Source: Cycas panzhihuaensis (Eukaryota; Plantae; Cycadophyta). From it: DNA of 64,000 bases. Under the pieces are notes generated by a model. The model did no database searches, was not told the DNA's origin, and saw nothing but the letters and a program-made list of their open reading frames with translations. Below, piece after piece: positions 35,827 to 48,848 of the stretch; position 1 is the first letter of the stretch; each line of letters starts with the position of its first letter. Where the stretch lies: positions 124,565,741 to 124,629,740 of the forward strand of contig CM041465.1 of assembly GCA_023213395.1 (NCBI GenBank), given 5' to 3'. The position numbers and the translations under genes were made by a program.

Positions 35827-38800
35827 ATGGCACTCATATGAGGGACAACTTTCTGTGCTTCAATTCTAGTTCTAACCAACTCAAACTATACTAATTGGAA
35901 ACTTAAAGTATCTTAAGTTCTTAAATAACAAAAGATCTAGCGATATATAATAGGAGAGTTTGCTAAACCTGATGATATAAGATCAGAATCCTATATGGTC
36001 TATCTAATGAATTATGATTGAGCCTTAGGCACCGTCCTAAACTCCCTCTTATGAGATATTAGTAGGTAGTTCTTTGAAATGGATGATCTCATATACGTCT
36101 AGAAAATCCTCAAGGAAAAATATGATAAGGTTGATAAATGTCAATTAGCCCTCTTAGAACAACATATGTATGACCTAAACTTTGATGATTTCTCTAAAGT
36201 TAAGGATTTTTTAGAAAAAATCTAGCTTATCAATAAGAATTTAGGTAATTGCATTAAGTCCTCAACTAAAGTAGGCAATAAAACTGAAATTACCACATAT
36301 GCCAAAGATGATGAAATACTTATTCGTCTTGTTATTAACAAGTTACCTAAATACTTCAACCTTTTTAAAGCTACTAGACAACATGTTAATTTCTCAAAAG
36401 TCACCTACACTTAGCTAACAAATCAACTGATTGATTATCAAACTATATTAATTCAAATTGGAAATATACAAGATCCTTCATAGGCTTAGTTTTCTAAGTC
36501 AAAACATGTAAACAAGTTTAAACAAAATAACTTTTAGAGTAATCATAATAATAAACCTAAGTTTAAAAAACCTCATAGAGGTTCTTCTTCTTCTTCCTCT
36601 TCTACAAATAGTTTTAGTCAAAATACCAAGTATTCTAGACCACTAAAAACTAGAATATGATTAAATAGTCATTTCAAAAATGGAATACTATTAATTCTAA
36701 CTATAATTAGATCATAAGTTGTGCCTATTGCCACAAAAAGGGTCATACCATTAACGTCTATATGAGTAAAATTGCTTCTGAAGCTTAGAAAGCTTCTAAG
36801 AGGATCTAGTCTCAATCCCATAGCCCTAATCACTCTTTAACTACCATAACTTCATTATTTTTAGCTCCATCTACTTATCCACCTTTATGGATTCTTGATT
36901 CCGGTGCATCCCATCACATGATAAGACATTAAGAATACTTAACCACTTACGAGTCTAATCTTAACTTTGAGGAGGAAATCTCTTTTAGGATTAGATATTA
37001 ACTAAAAGTCAAAGGAATAGGTGATGTTTCTTTGAAAGATAATTCAATCAAGGACGTATTTTACATTCTTAATTTGTTATTGAATCTTTTTTTAGTCTAT
37101 CAAATCTTCCAAAAAGGCCTCATTGTTGAATTTTAGAAAGATAAATTTATCATTAAACAACCTTTGAATAAGTTCAAACCAATTGCTTTAGGACTTGCTC
37201 ATCTTAAAATATATTTTTATAATTTAACAAACCTTCAATATTTTAAAACCAAAAACTTTAATACTTTTATAGCAAAATCTGATCCTGTTAGTAAGTTATA
37301 ACATGCTCAATTTGGCGATACGAGTTATGACAAACTTCAGTACCTGAGGAAGCATGATATGGTTTATGGCTTACCCCCCCAACCACTATCTATGGTGTTT
37401 GTAAAGCCTATGTTACGGGTAAATAACACATGGATCCTTTCCCATATCATACCTCTTATTAAGTAAAATCTCAACTTGAATTTATTCACCCTGATATTTA
37501 TGGACCATTCTAAGTACTTTCATAATCTAAAACAGATATTTTGTCATCTTCATCGATGAATTCTCTAGGAAGTGCTAGGTGTACATGCTCAAAATAAGGA
37601 GTTAAATATCTGACATGTTTGTTGAGTTCAAAAATTCGGTTAAAAATTAAACAAACTCTAAAATCAAAATCTTTAGATTTGATAATGCTAAGGAGTACCT
37701 AAGCAACAAGTGTACTTCCTATTGTAAGAAGTACATAATATAATTCCAACATTCCGTAGTATACACTCCTTAACAAAATAGTATTACTAAATGCAAGAAC
37801 TATATCCTTCTTAAAATGACTAGATGCATGCTACATGCAAAAGGTCTTGACTTAAAGTTATGGGTATAAATAATTGCTTATTCTAACTACCTCTTAAACT
37901 ATTATTGAGAAAGTCTTTATAGAATGTTATACCAAAATAGAAGTGATCTAGTCATAGACCTTTTATAAAATACTTTAGAGTCTTTAGAAGCATTGCTTGG
38001 GGGCATGTTCTAAAATAAAAATAATAGAAACCTGACCCTAAAAGTTCTAAGTTTATCTTCGTTGGTTACAATGAAGAAAGTAAAGCTTACTGGCTTCTTA
38101 ACCCAATCACGTATAAGATTTTAATCTTGCACGATGTTGTATTTAATGAAGAAGGATCTTCATGAAATACTTCTTATGTTGAACTTCGTGTTGAAAACTT
38201 ATTAAATAATACTTAGTTGACCCCTCTGATAAATAAGCTGACCCTAAAATAATTGAGTCTTTATCCACTCAAGTCTTGAATTGGACCTTAACCAAACTTA
38301 CTATCTTAGACCCGTGGATTTCTAGTTAGCCAACCTCTCCTAAACAACCCACTAACAATAGTAAACAACCTGTTTGGGCTCAGAAATCTCTTTCTAATGT
38401 TAGTTCTGATACTAGTAATCCATTGGATACTAGAAGAACTTATTCCTAGAAGCTTTAAGTTAATTTTGTCATAATGGCCAAAGTTATAGCCATTGATGAC
38501 CCTAAAACCTTTAAAGAATCAAGTAACAATCCAACATGGAAGCAAGCCATACAAGTTGAAATTGATGCTTTTAAAAAAATGTTAACTTGAGATTTAGTTA
38601 TTTTACCTCTTAGAAAAAAGTTGGTAGACTGTAAATGGGTTTACCAAACCAAGTACAACTCAAAAGGAGTAATTAAAAATAATAATGCTTGTTTAGTAGA
38701 CAAATATTTTTCTCAAGTTGATGGTATCAATTATATCAAAACTTTCACTCCTGTAGTAAAGATAAATACAATCAAAACCATCATCGCTTTAGCAGCCAAG

Positions 38801-40044
38801 TTTGGCTGGTAGATTAATTAAATGGATGTGAAAAGCATCTTTTTAAATGGTGATCTTAAGGAAGAAATTTATATAAAATAACCTCCTAGTTTTATTAGTG
38901 GCCTTAATCTTGTCTCTAAGTTTAAAAAAATATTATATAGTCTTAAACAAGTTCCTCAAACTTGGTATACTAAAATTAATGATTATCTTTTATAGAATAG
39001 ATACACTAAGTGTATTAGTGATCATAATCTCTATTTTCAAAGATAAGATGATAATATTATAATCTTAATTCTTTATGTATATGATATAATCATAATTGGA
39101 TCTTTAATCTCTAGTATTGAGTAATTGAAATCTATTCTAATAAATAAGTTTAAAATAACAAACTTAAGTATATTACACTGCTTTTTAAGTTTGTAAATTT
39201 ATTAATTTGAGTTGAAAATTACTATTTCACAACCTAAATATATTATTGAATTAATAAAAAAAATTTAATATGGATAATACCAAACCAACTTCTATATTTG
39301 TACAATCAGGTGTAAAATTAATAACTGATTATTCATCCCCATCTTGTAACATTACTTTATATCCTCAATTGATAGGTAATCTAATTTACTTAACCCATAC
39401 CCACCTATATATCTCCTACGTTATTGCCTTGTGTTCCAGATACATGCAAGATCCTTGTGAATCTTATTGCAAAGCAACAAATGAAATTCTAAGATATCTT
39501 TAAGGTATAATTTGTCATGGTTTAACATATAACTTCTGTAATACTAACCTAAAATTGGTAGGATATGTAGATTTTAATTAGGCAGGAGATTCTAATGATA
39601 GAAAATCTACTATTGGTTACATCTTATTCTTTGATTCTTCACCAATCACATGGTCCAGTAAGAAAATATAATCAGTAGCATTCTATAATAGAAATTGAAC
39701 ATCGAGCATCAGTAAAAGTGAATAAAGAAGCATTTTGGATTAAATCTTTATTAAGTATACTTGGTTTGTTTCCTAACTCTTCCATTAAAATTAATGTTGA
39801 TAATTAAGGTGCGATATCTATTGCTACTAATCCTATTATACATTTTATGACAAAACATGTGAAATTACATCAGTATTTTATATGTAATCTTGTAAATGAT
39901 AATACTATTAATCTATTTTATTGTCCTACAAATTTGTAGATTGTAGATATTCTTATAAAGCTATTAAAAGAAGCAAAGTTTGTCAAACTCTAAGAATTAT
40001 TGAAGATTAAAGAAGTCTTCATCAAAGGGGAATCACTATGCTGA
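35827..40044 (+). pseudogene. Copia gag-pol of element A, heavily disrupted
   Basis: CAYCHKKGH knuckle (~36720), WILDSGASHHM protease (~36890), integrase, VDCKWVY / MDVKSIFLNGDL RT (38621-38860) and RNase H. Colinear with element C throughout. Confidence 0.9.
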
Positions 40045-40119
40045 AGTCTTGTTATTCTTCTTTTTCTTCTTTCTATCTTCTATATTATCTATTGTACAAA
40101 AGATAACATTAAAGGGAGA

Positions 40120-40550
40120 TGTTAGAATAATATTATCTTTATTTATGTATTAATGTTATCTTTTATAAAGTTCTTTTTATAAACTTACTTTATATATTAA
40201 TTAATTATATAGTTCACTGAAATGGACAACCACCCATTTCAATGAAACTTTATCTTCCTTAATAGTATCTCTTCTTAAAATTTAGGAAGTTGATCAAGGT
40301 TGATGAGATTAGTCAAATTGATGAGGTGGAGGTTGCACAGAGCTTAGGCTGGCTAACATCAAAGAGAGAGAGGATGAGATCATCTTCACCTCCATTCTTT
40401 CTTGTATTTGCTCCTTATTTCATGTTATAAAATTATGTTATTAGGAGGTGGTTTTTTCTTCCTTAAAAGGGTTTTCTACCTGCCAAATTCTATGTAATAT
40501 GTGATTATTAACTTGTACATAATTCTGACTCTATAACCCTCTCTCCAATA
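40120..40550 (+). repeat. 3' LTR of element A
   Basis: TGTTAG...CCAATA; colinear with 21649-22079. Confidence 0.95.
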
Positions 40551-40555
40551 GCAAT

Positions 40556-40745
40556 GTTAAGTGAAGCATTTACATCCCTTATTTACATGAGAAACTAAAA
40601 GTAATACTTTAGATACTATGGAACCTAGTAAATGAATAATAAAGGAAATCAACTTTAGGAAACTAATACTATAATATTCTAAGGTAGAATAAGGAGAACT
40701 TACAAGGAAGACCCTTTGCTTCTATTACATGCAAAGGGGGGCCTT
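40556..40745 (+). mobile_element. Ty3/gypsy gag remnant, 3' part
   Basis: ELTRKTLCFY near 40695-40725 resembles the ERRxKGLCFxC knuckle lead-in. Resumes directly after element A's TSD. Confidence 0.45.
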
Positions 40746-41599
40746 ATTCTTTTTATCTAGGAAGTACTTAAAGCTAAGATAAACCCTACAAGAAGGGAAT
40801 AAAACTCACTCCTACAATGAACATTATGTGTATATGTAATGGAAGTTATTTATATATGTATAGTTTCCAATAGGTGTATTTTAAAGTGTAAAAAATTATC
40901 TTCCATTAAAAGTCTTTAAGTTTTTTTTATCAAAATAATTTATTTTATATATTTTACTAAAATAAATTAATATATTCTTTTTTATTATTTCTTTTACAAA
41001 ATCAATCAAATAAAGCATGTAAAATAAATTATACAAGGTATATAAAAGGCTTTTACTTGGCATGTTACTTGAGAAGTGCACTCTACATTTTTATGCCCCT
41101 TATCATACATGGTTAGTTAGATTTCTTGCTAATAAATACCTTTGTGTGTTTCCATACTTGTACACTTTAGCAGCTTTCTTTTGGCAACCATCTATTACAA
41201 CATCATCAATAAACAATTATCCAAAACATACTCACTCTGAGAACAAGCCAAACTACTTGGTCAAAATAAGTTAGACATAATAAGGTAACATAAATATATG
41301 TTTCTATGCCTCTTATTATATATGGTTACTTATATTTCTCATTGATAAATACGTATTATCTTTCAGTTGAATAACCTTAATAACTAATATTAGTTAGATA
41401 AACTTAACAACTAATTTAGTATGACAAGTAACAAATATATAAGACTTCTCCTTATCTCATACATAGGTGAAATTCTTTCAATCAACTACTTATCTCTCTA
41501 ACAAATAATCAAATTAGGCCCTTTATTAAGATTAGGTAGTGTCATCATCATCAAATAGGTATTAATAATCTTTTATTCAAAAATAAGTATCCAAATAAA

Positions 41600-42000
41600 G
41601 TGGGCGATCTTGTCATTTAACTAGTAACATACACTTCACTAAACCAAATGTAGAAATTCTAATGGAAATGTTTAATTCTAGTATATCAAGACTATTTTTA
41701 CATTAATATTTTAGTAAATATATCCCACTTCATATATTTTCATATGTTGTGAGCTTTTAAATATCATAAATGACCTTTTTTATATCTATTCTAAAATGAA
41801 ACTTCTTTTTTGGTTCTTCATCAATCAATAATAATATATTCATCATATTAGGAGCCTTAGAAAACATCAAAATATCTAAATTTTTTTTAGAAAAATGTTA
41901 TAAAATGCATCTTTTATGAGGTTAAGAGCATTTTGATTAAATTTACCTATTAATATCTTTGTCATCTAATCTTTGAAATATGTCTTGCAACCACTTATTT
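41600..42000 (+). mobile_element. Highly degenerate Ty3/gypsy RT remnant
   Basis: LRKHQ.YLN...KC-like stretch at ~41855-41900 and an INDLF / IYSK-like stretch at ~41765-41795. Confidence 0.35.
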
Positions 42001-42861
42001 CAACCATATTAAAATTCTCTTTCTAATGCAATTGATGACAATTGATTCTAATATTTCAATGAAAAGTGATACCCAAAAGAGTGACAATATGTCTAAAAAG
42101 AGTACATGATCCTTTAGAAAAGTGTTGTAAATTATAAAATAAATTTTAATTTAACTTATTATTTTTTATTTTAAAAAAATTATTCAATCTAACTTATTAA
42201 AATTTAGAGTTCAGTCCCTTTTCTAATAAGCCCTCAGCGATATTAGCCTTTGATATAACCACCTACTTATAAACTAAAGGGAGTTAGGGATTTAAAAATT
42301 CAATGTAACTTAATTTTTTATTATAACTATGATTTTTTTTATAATATTAAAAATCCATCTATAAATTGTCAAATCTTTTGTATGGGTGATTTATGCTTCT
42401 ATACATTACTTCATGATTGTTATTTATGTCTGGTTGGTTTTGGGTTTGTGTGCATAACTGCTTAGCAACATGTGTTTAATCTATATATGATCTATGGCTA
42501 TGGCTTATCTCTCTCTCTATATAATAGATGACTCTCTACTTAATATCTATGTCTTCATCAATGTAACATTACTTAGCTTTTGTTCCATGTCTCTGTGATA
42601 ATAAAGAAACTTTGTATGTCATGGATTTATTGATTTCTCCATTTAGTTTAGATCTTCTTCATGGGTAGCTCTTCTTTTTCATGGGTGTATCATGGGAAAA
42701 GTATGATCTTTAGAGGGTGGATTCTATGATCACTTCCTCTATGTTTGGTTATTTAGAGATAGTGCAACAACATTGAGAGAGTTGTCTCAATTTATATTCC
42801 ATTCTCATTTCAATTAGATTCAAGGTTTCTAAATTTTAAGTAATTCAATACAGATGTAAGG

Positions 42862-42931
42862 TGGTCCTAAGGAAGCCAGTGTTATTCAGATAGCGCTATT
42901 TAGATGGCCATTTGTTTCATAGATTGTTCCC
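42862..42931 (+). pseudogene. Possible cyclophilin (CWC27/CYP57-like) gene fragment
   Basis: With small indels it reads W-PKEA..VIQIAL/RYLDGHLFHR.VP, vs family motif WPKEAPK..RNFxQLxLEGYYDxxxFHRxxP. Short, so chance similarity is possible. Confidence 0.4.
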
Positions 42932-42941
42932 CATAAATTGC

Positions 42942-43216
42942 ATATGAAGTGATATGGTAGGGCTCGAGAGTATTAAAGAGGGTATCATTCTTCTTACCAA
43001 GTTCTCTTAATTTTTATAGAGAAGGAAAAACCTTAAAGAACTTTTCTTTTATATGGATTTCTTGGGATAGAAAAGTTGTGCTTAGAAAAAGTTATTACAG
43101 CTAAAGCAGATTCAACATTTTATAGTATTTCTTCCTTAGACTTTATTTTAAAATAGATGGGTGAAAGTGAGAAGCTTGTTTCTAATCTGTTTCAAATCAG
43201 CAGGGACTTTACTCCC
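42942..43216 (+). pseudogene. VPS4: VPS4/SKD1 AAA-ATPase gene fragment (Walker A region), contiguous and disabled
   Basis: Reads *SDMVGLESIK-EGIILLTKFS*F...[61 protein letters not shown]. SKD1/VPS4 reads [91 protein letters not shown]. Confidence 0.88.
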
Positions 43217-44180
43217 TAAAAGCATAAGCAACTTTGATGTCACTTATCCTTTTAAGATAGTAGAGAAAGCACTTTTCTTGGTCAAATAAAGAGACAATGA
43301 ATTTAAAAAGGATTTTTAGTAATGCTTCATTGATCTTGATGATGTTATCAAACTTATATTTGTAAAGAATTACTCTCCCAAATTAATAAGTCTATATTAT
43401 AACATTCCCATATATGCATAACTTTACTCGCAACACTTACTCTCAAGGTAGAACAAATATAAGTGGCAATTTGATTTATGATAAAATAAGTAATGGGTTT
43501 AATTCATAGAATCAATACACTTCCTTTGAGTTTGAATCTAGTGGGTCAAGTTAGGGTAGCATACATTACTTCAAATCCCTAGATTCTTAATATACTTGGA
43601 AGCATGAACATAGTTTCATCTCAAGAGTGTAAAACTAGTTCCCGCTAGATAAAGCTAATTTTCTAACCTATTCACATCATCAATCCCCTCATATTATAAT
43701 AATATGTAGGGATGTTAATTGAGGTATCCCCATTATGTATTCCTCCAAGTCTCTCCCTTAGTCATATTGTAAGTAGTTTTTAGATTAGTTTACCCTTGAG
43801 GCAAACATTAGAGCCTTTTATCAACCTACCTTCTAATCCTAATTTAGAGCTACTTATAGAGACTTTGTCTTACATCCTAGGGTAGCTTAATCAAGATAAG
43901 CTTCATTCTAGACTTGATTATGACACTTGCCTTGATAAGAGTCTAGATCTTCTTACTAAGTCCCCTACTAGTTTTGACTTGTAGTTACCTTAAGAGTCTT
44001 ATTTTAATAACCTTAGCCAACTTGATTAGGAGAGTTACCCTTTGTAAAATATAAAACTAAAAAAAGAGAAAACCTAGTAGAAAGAGAATGAGATTACTTA
44101 GTCTATTTGCACTTCTGGCTTGATTCACTAGGTCTTTCCTTTGGATAAGTTATACTTAATTCTATCTTATTGGATAATGT

Positions 44181-44365
44181 AAAGGATCAAGAGAAATTAT
44201 AGGCTACTCATGAGGTAAATATTATTATAAATATATACACATACCACTTGAGAACTTGAGAAAAGAGATGTACTTATTTAGATATCTAAAAAGAGCTCTA
44301 AACTCTACCTTCTTTTGTGATTTTTTCCACATTAGATTTTTTATGTATAAATCTATTATCTTTGT
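44181..44365 (+). repeat. Fragment of a D-family LTR
   Basis: Matches 7411-7620 (TTATAGGCTAxTCATGAGGT, ACCACTTGAGAA, TATAAATCTATTATCT). Confidence 0.75.
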
Positions 44366-44999
44366 TATGATACATGGGAAATGCTTCTTTCAAAGTCTAA
44401 TTTGGAAGACCCCCCTTCACAAGTTATAGAGTTAGAAGAAGAAAAAAAAAAAAAAAAAGAATTATACTTGATTGTAACATTCTTTTCTATTTTAAATTAG
44501 CTTAGCAAGGACATTTATTCTTTAGGTATTTAATTTGATTTACATGTTTTTTACCCTAAACTAGTTAAATTTGATTCTTTATCTAACTTAGAGGCATCTG
44601 TGCTTGCTTGATAGTAGATGTTAGGATAATTTCATAAGTGATTACCTTACTTTTGAGCATAAGCCCAAGCGAGGTTTATATAAGTCAACTCTAATCCCCA
44701 TATCCTTTAATCAAACACTTAATATTTTTTTGACTTTTCCTTTTTAAATTCTCCATGGAGTCCTTTCAAGACTAATTTAGAGAGATATACTTTAGATTTT
44801 TGTGGGCCTAGTGTTGATTCCCTAATTTGTGACACTATAGACCTACCTTAATTACATCATAAGGAAGGCTCATTGGTGGTAGATCCTATTAGAAATGGCA
44901 AAGTTCTTTAAAGTTTCCATGAAACACTTATTTGAACCCTCCTAATTGTTGTTATGGGCTAATTCCATACAATCCAATGTTAACTTATAAACATCTTAC

Positions 45000-46100
45000 A
45001 TTATGTGTTTGTGAGGTTGAGACCACTTTGGAGCTTAAGATGTCTTATTCCCATCAAGTCTATTATATTGCCCCTTTAGGTGTGGAATCAAATACTATTA
45101 GGGGAAATAATTCTTTTTAGTTTGAAGCTAATTAGATAACCTAAGATTATGTTAAACTCCACCCATAACGAAAGTAGTTATTTCAAGGGGTTCTTCAGTT
45201 CACTTAGTATTGCAGTGGCTTAAGGCAAATAAATCTTAAGGAGGCTCATCAAAGAATATTAATCATTCTAAGGAAAATGCCTTAAGATTTGGGACATTGC
45301 CCCTCGTTGAAAATTTTCTTAGATGCATCTAACCTCTTATTTATCGTAATGAACTTGCTAAATGATTTAAAACTATCATTACTATGTAATAAGCCTAAAC
45401 TAGAATATACTACTTATGAGTATAAACTAGAATAACATTCCATAGTGAGAATAAACTAACTAAACTTCCCATGATATAAAATCCTAAAATATTTTCATAA
45501 ATAAAAGGGGCTAAGTTAATCTATTATGCTCAAGAGGCTTTTTTCTTATTACATGGGACTTATCACTTATCTAATAAGTGGTAGATCTATTTGTAAAAAC
45601 GTTATGGGAATCTTAGTTAATTGGGTGTATCCGATATTAATAAAAAATTATGCAATAGTTCTTAAGTATAACATTGAAATTCTATTCAACTATTACAAAG
45701 ATCATTAGAGAGATTGGAGGTCTAATCATATAAGTTTGGTGTTAGTTACTTTATGCAGTATTCTTGATTGCCAATTAAACTAACTATTGGTAGATTTATA
45801 TAAATGCTTTTAATATTTCCTAATAGTTTTCTTTAACCTTAAACAAAACCACTTATGGTGCCCACTAATTTGCCTCGTAGTTACCTTAGGAGTCTTACTT
45901 TAATGACCTTAAGAAAGTATGTAGTGATAGAATTAAATGTAGACAATGAAAGGAAAACCATTAAAGAATATCATAAGGAGAAGTCTTTTAAAGCTCTTGG
46001 TTTGGTCGCTAACATAAGAGGAAGTTTTGTGAGATTAGAGCTTTTAGAAAGAAAGAAACAAAGAGCAACTCTATATAAAATGTTGCATAATATATACCCC
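45000..46100 (+). mobile_element. Highly degenerate Ty3/gypsy integrase-region remnant
   Basis: LKRLFSYYMGLITYLISGRS (45526 ORF) resembles a frameshifted F.EVVRLHGLP.SIISDRD. The rest is unrecognisable. Confidence 0.35.
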
Positions 46101-47040
46101 TTATAAAAGTTCTTTCCTATAGAAAGATTCAAACTTAGAGTTTTTTGAGAAATGAAGGAACTTCCAAGAAGAGGCTTTATAAGGAGAAGTTATTTGGGAG
46201 ACTTATTTTGCATTGAAGGTATTTGTAGAAATAACATTAAGAAAAATAAGAGAAAGGACATAGCATATAAAAGTCAACTACAGAAGATGTGTTCATTCAA
46301 AAGATAAACACAAAATAGAAATTTTACGAGAAGAGGCTTTACAGGAGATATGAATGTGTGTGTGCATTTAACAATTTGAATATTCTTAAAATGAAGGATT
46401 ATAAAATGTGGTTCCTGTGCTTTTGCTCAAGAGGGGTTTCATCAAAATATTGGCAATAAGTAATTTCCTATCTTGTTTGCTATTAATTAAGTAGAATAAT
46501 AAACATCAAAGAATTAGATATCTTGTGAAGATGCTAATTATCAAAGACATAGAAGTGAATTTAAATAGTAGAGATAATAAGCTTTATTTCAAAGCCAAAG
46601 AAAAGGTAGGACAAATGTGATAATGAAGTCCAACCAAAATTGATTTTATGCTAAAGATGTTCACATGCTCCAAGTCAATTGGAATGTTAGCCTATTTCTT
46701 GATTCCCGAGTCTGAGCTAATTATTGAACCCAAAAACCAATCGACGACACTTCTAACCTAGAGAATATCAGGAGAAATTTTCATCTTCTTCAACTAACAA
46801 TACCTTTCGATATTAACAAATTGCAATCAATCATGAATAAAAATAAGAAGCTAATAACACATATGGGATAATGCCATATTGAACCACCAAAAAGAAATGA
46901 AAAAGTAGGGACGTAAATAAGAATTGTTTAAGGATGATATTAAGTTTTGAATTTTCTTCCTATCATAGGTGTTTAGTTATAGTGACAATTTCCAACTAAA
47001 CTTAAGTCATGCATTCATAATTTCAAAAAGTTTGAAAAGG

Positions 47041-47195
47041 GCACATGCACACCTTAGTGAAGTACACAAAGGCATTACTTTCTATCTTTCTTCATATTTA
47101 ATATTAAAAACATAATCTACACAGCACAACTTAATGAAATGCGCAAGGGCACTACTTTCCATGTCTTCATATTTAATATTAAAAACATAACGTAC
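47041..47195 (+). repeat. ~75-bp tandem duplication downstream of the kinase pseudogene
   Basis: TCTTCATATTTAATATTAAAAACATAA is exact at 47089-47115 and 47164-47190, with diverged upstream halves. Confidence 0.85.
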
Positions 47196-47259
47196 ATGAC
47201 ACATCGGGTGGGCAGGCAAAAGTGATTCCCAAACATTACCATGGATCTCTCATCTGAGT

Positions 47260-48322
47260 TCAGTTTCCTATGAAGAAATGGTGCTTTAAAGCTTCCTTAG
47301 TTAGCAGAGAGACGCTCGTTAGGATCAAACCTCAAACCATGAAGCAACTCAATGAGGGCTCCCGATGAGTGGTCCTGAGTTTGATTGACAAGTTTTCGTA
47401 GGCGGGGTAATCTCTGGACTGCTCCAACACTCTCTCTACATGCAGCCCCCTCTGGCCAGGTGAGTTCCGTGCCGTTTCTGATGTACACTCTTCCACGTTG
47501 AGCTGCTCGTTTTATCATATATTGCGGAATTGGTCCCAATACCTGCTCCATCATTCCAAGGTGCTCCAAATCTTCATGGCTCCGGAAAAGAGCATTTCCC
47601 GTGCATAATTCCACCAAAACGCACCCAACACTCCACAAATCACATGGGTAACTCCATCCAATACCCATAATCACTCAGGTGCTCGGTATCCTCTCGTGGT
47701 AACTACCAAGCTATGATGCCAGTGCTCAAATGTAGCTATGATGCGTGGGAATGCAGTTATTCAGGCACCTTTGCATATTCAGAAGAGACGAGAAGCTAAA
47801 GCAACTAACACCAAGCTTATATGATTAGACCTCCACATAAGACCGGTGATCATTTTTACGTAAACTTGGTCCAAGCTTTTCACAAACAATGCACACATGG
47901 TTACGATAACTAAACCAATCCTTGAACTGTAAGCAGCCCCGGAATTCATTCCCATCATACTCTGCCAACGTGCGGAGAACATCAATTCCAATCATAGCTG
48001 CAACACCATATTTCGGTACACTGCGTATAACCTTGATGGCTACACACTCTCCCTTTTCACGATCCCAACAATCTAAAACTCTTCCGTAAGTTCCTTTGCC
48101 CAGTTTGCCAATAATCTTGTATCGAGGTGTTAAATTTTCTCCAACCTCAAATACGTAATGCCCGTCTTTGTCATCTGGTCGCCATGGAGGGGATGCAAAG
48201 CGCATAGAAGATGAAGAACAACAAGAAAGAGCACGGCCATGAATCGGCCCCTTCTCCTTCTCGTCATCCTCCCTTCTCTTCCCGTTATTGTTAGGTCGTT
48301 TATAGTAATCTGCGCTCCCCAT
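47260..48322 (-). pseudogene. AFC: Intronless LAMMER/CLK (AFC-like) protein kinase pseudogene
   Basis: SPPWRPDDKDGHYVF, RYKI.GKLGKGTYGRVLDCWD, VAIKVIR, RNHVCIV.EKLGPSL, TRGYRAPE, GWSYPCDLWSVGC, EHLGMMEQVLGP (LAMMER variant) and KEALKHHFF. Contains stops, frameshifts and internal deletions; no introns. Confidence 0.93.
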
Positions 48323-48776
48323 AACAAATCCTCAGCTAAGAGACCAATCAACCAATTTTTCCAGCGTGTGTATCGAATTTCAGAAATTATTACATTCCAG
48401 GTAAGGACATTGTCCGGATAACAATATCCACAAATTAGAGCGCTTAATGGCAGAAACCATAGAATCCTGATATCTTTCCTATGCGACCTACCATTATATG
48501 CATCCATTTATGCCTGTGGCCGGCTTTAGAGGTGAGGCGAGCCACAACACATACACTTCAGTCATATCTTTATTCAAGACCTCTTTCTTCTTCTAACTCC
48601 TCGTTCTCTTCCCCTTATGGAAGGATAGAGTACAGTGATTTCATCGCGGACGGCTATGGCCTTGCTAATATTTATCATCGTCCCAAAAAACAAAAATCAT
48701 TTAGACTACATTGTGGACGCAACAAAGGAAAACATGATACACTAAGTGAAATAGAATTATAATTCACTTGCTATAC

Positions 48777-48848
48777 ATGCTTGATACGTTAATGCTCTCA
48801 TTTATTTAAAAGTAGATGCTTGATACATTAATGCTTCCATTTATTTAA
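48777..48848 (+). repeat. 33-bp direct repeat (39-bp period) upstream of the kinase pseudogene
   Basis: ATGCTTGATACGTTAATGCTCTCATTTATTTAA (48777) and ATGCTTGATACATTAATGCTTCCATTTATTTAA (48816). Confidence 0.85.

Larger units (their letters stand above)
21649..40550 (+). mobile_element. Ty1/copia LTR retrotransposon 'A' (decayed; hosts LINE2 and B in its leader)
   Basis: 431-bp LTRs at 21649-22079 and 40120-40550. PBS TGGTATTAGAGC at 22080-22091; PPT AAAGGGAGA at 40111-40119. TSD GAAAT (21644-21648) / GCAAT (40551-40555). Gag-PR-INT-RT-RH order at 35827-40044. Confidence 0.95.

Noticed and set aside
44441-44458. Poly(A) run as a retrocopy or SINE tail (also the poly(T) at ~49727-49748)
   Set aside because: No TSD or recognisable element body could be tied to either run.
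48130-48762. ORFs 48130-48507 (minus) and 48481-48762 (plus) as separate genes
   Set aside because: No recognisable domain. They overlap the kinase pseudogene's start and probable 5' UTR.
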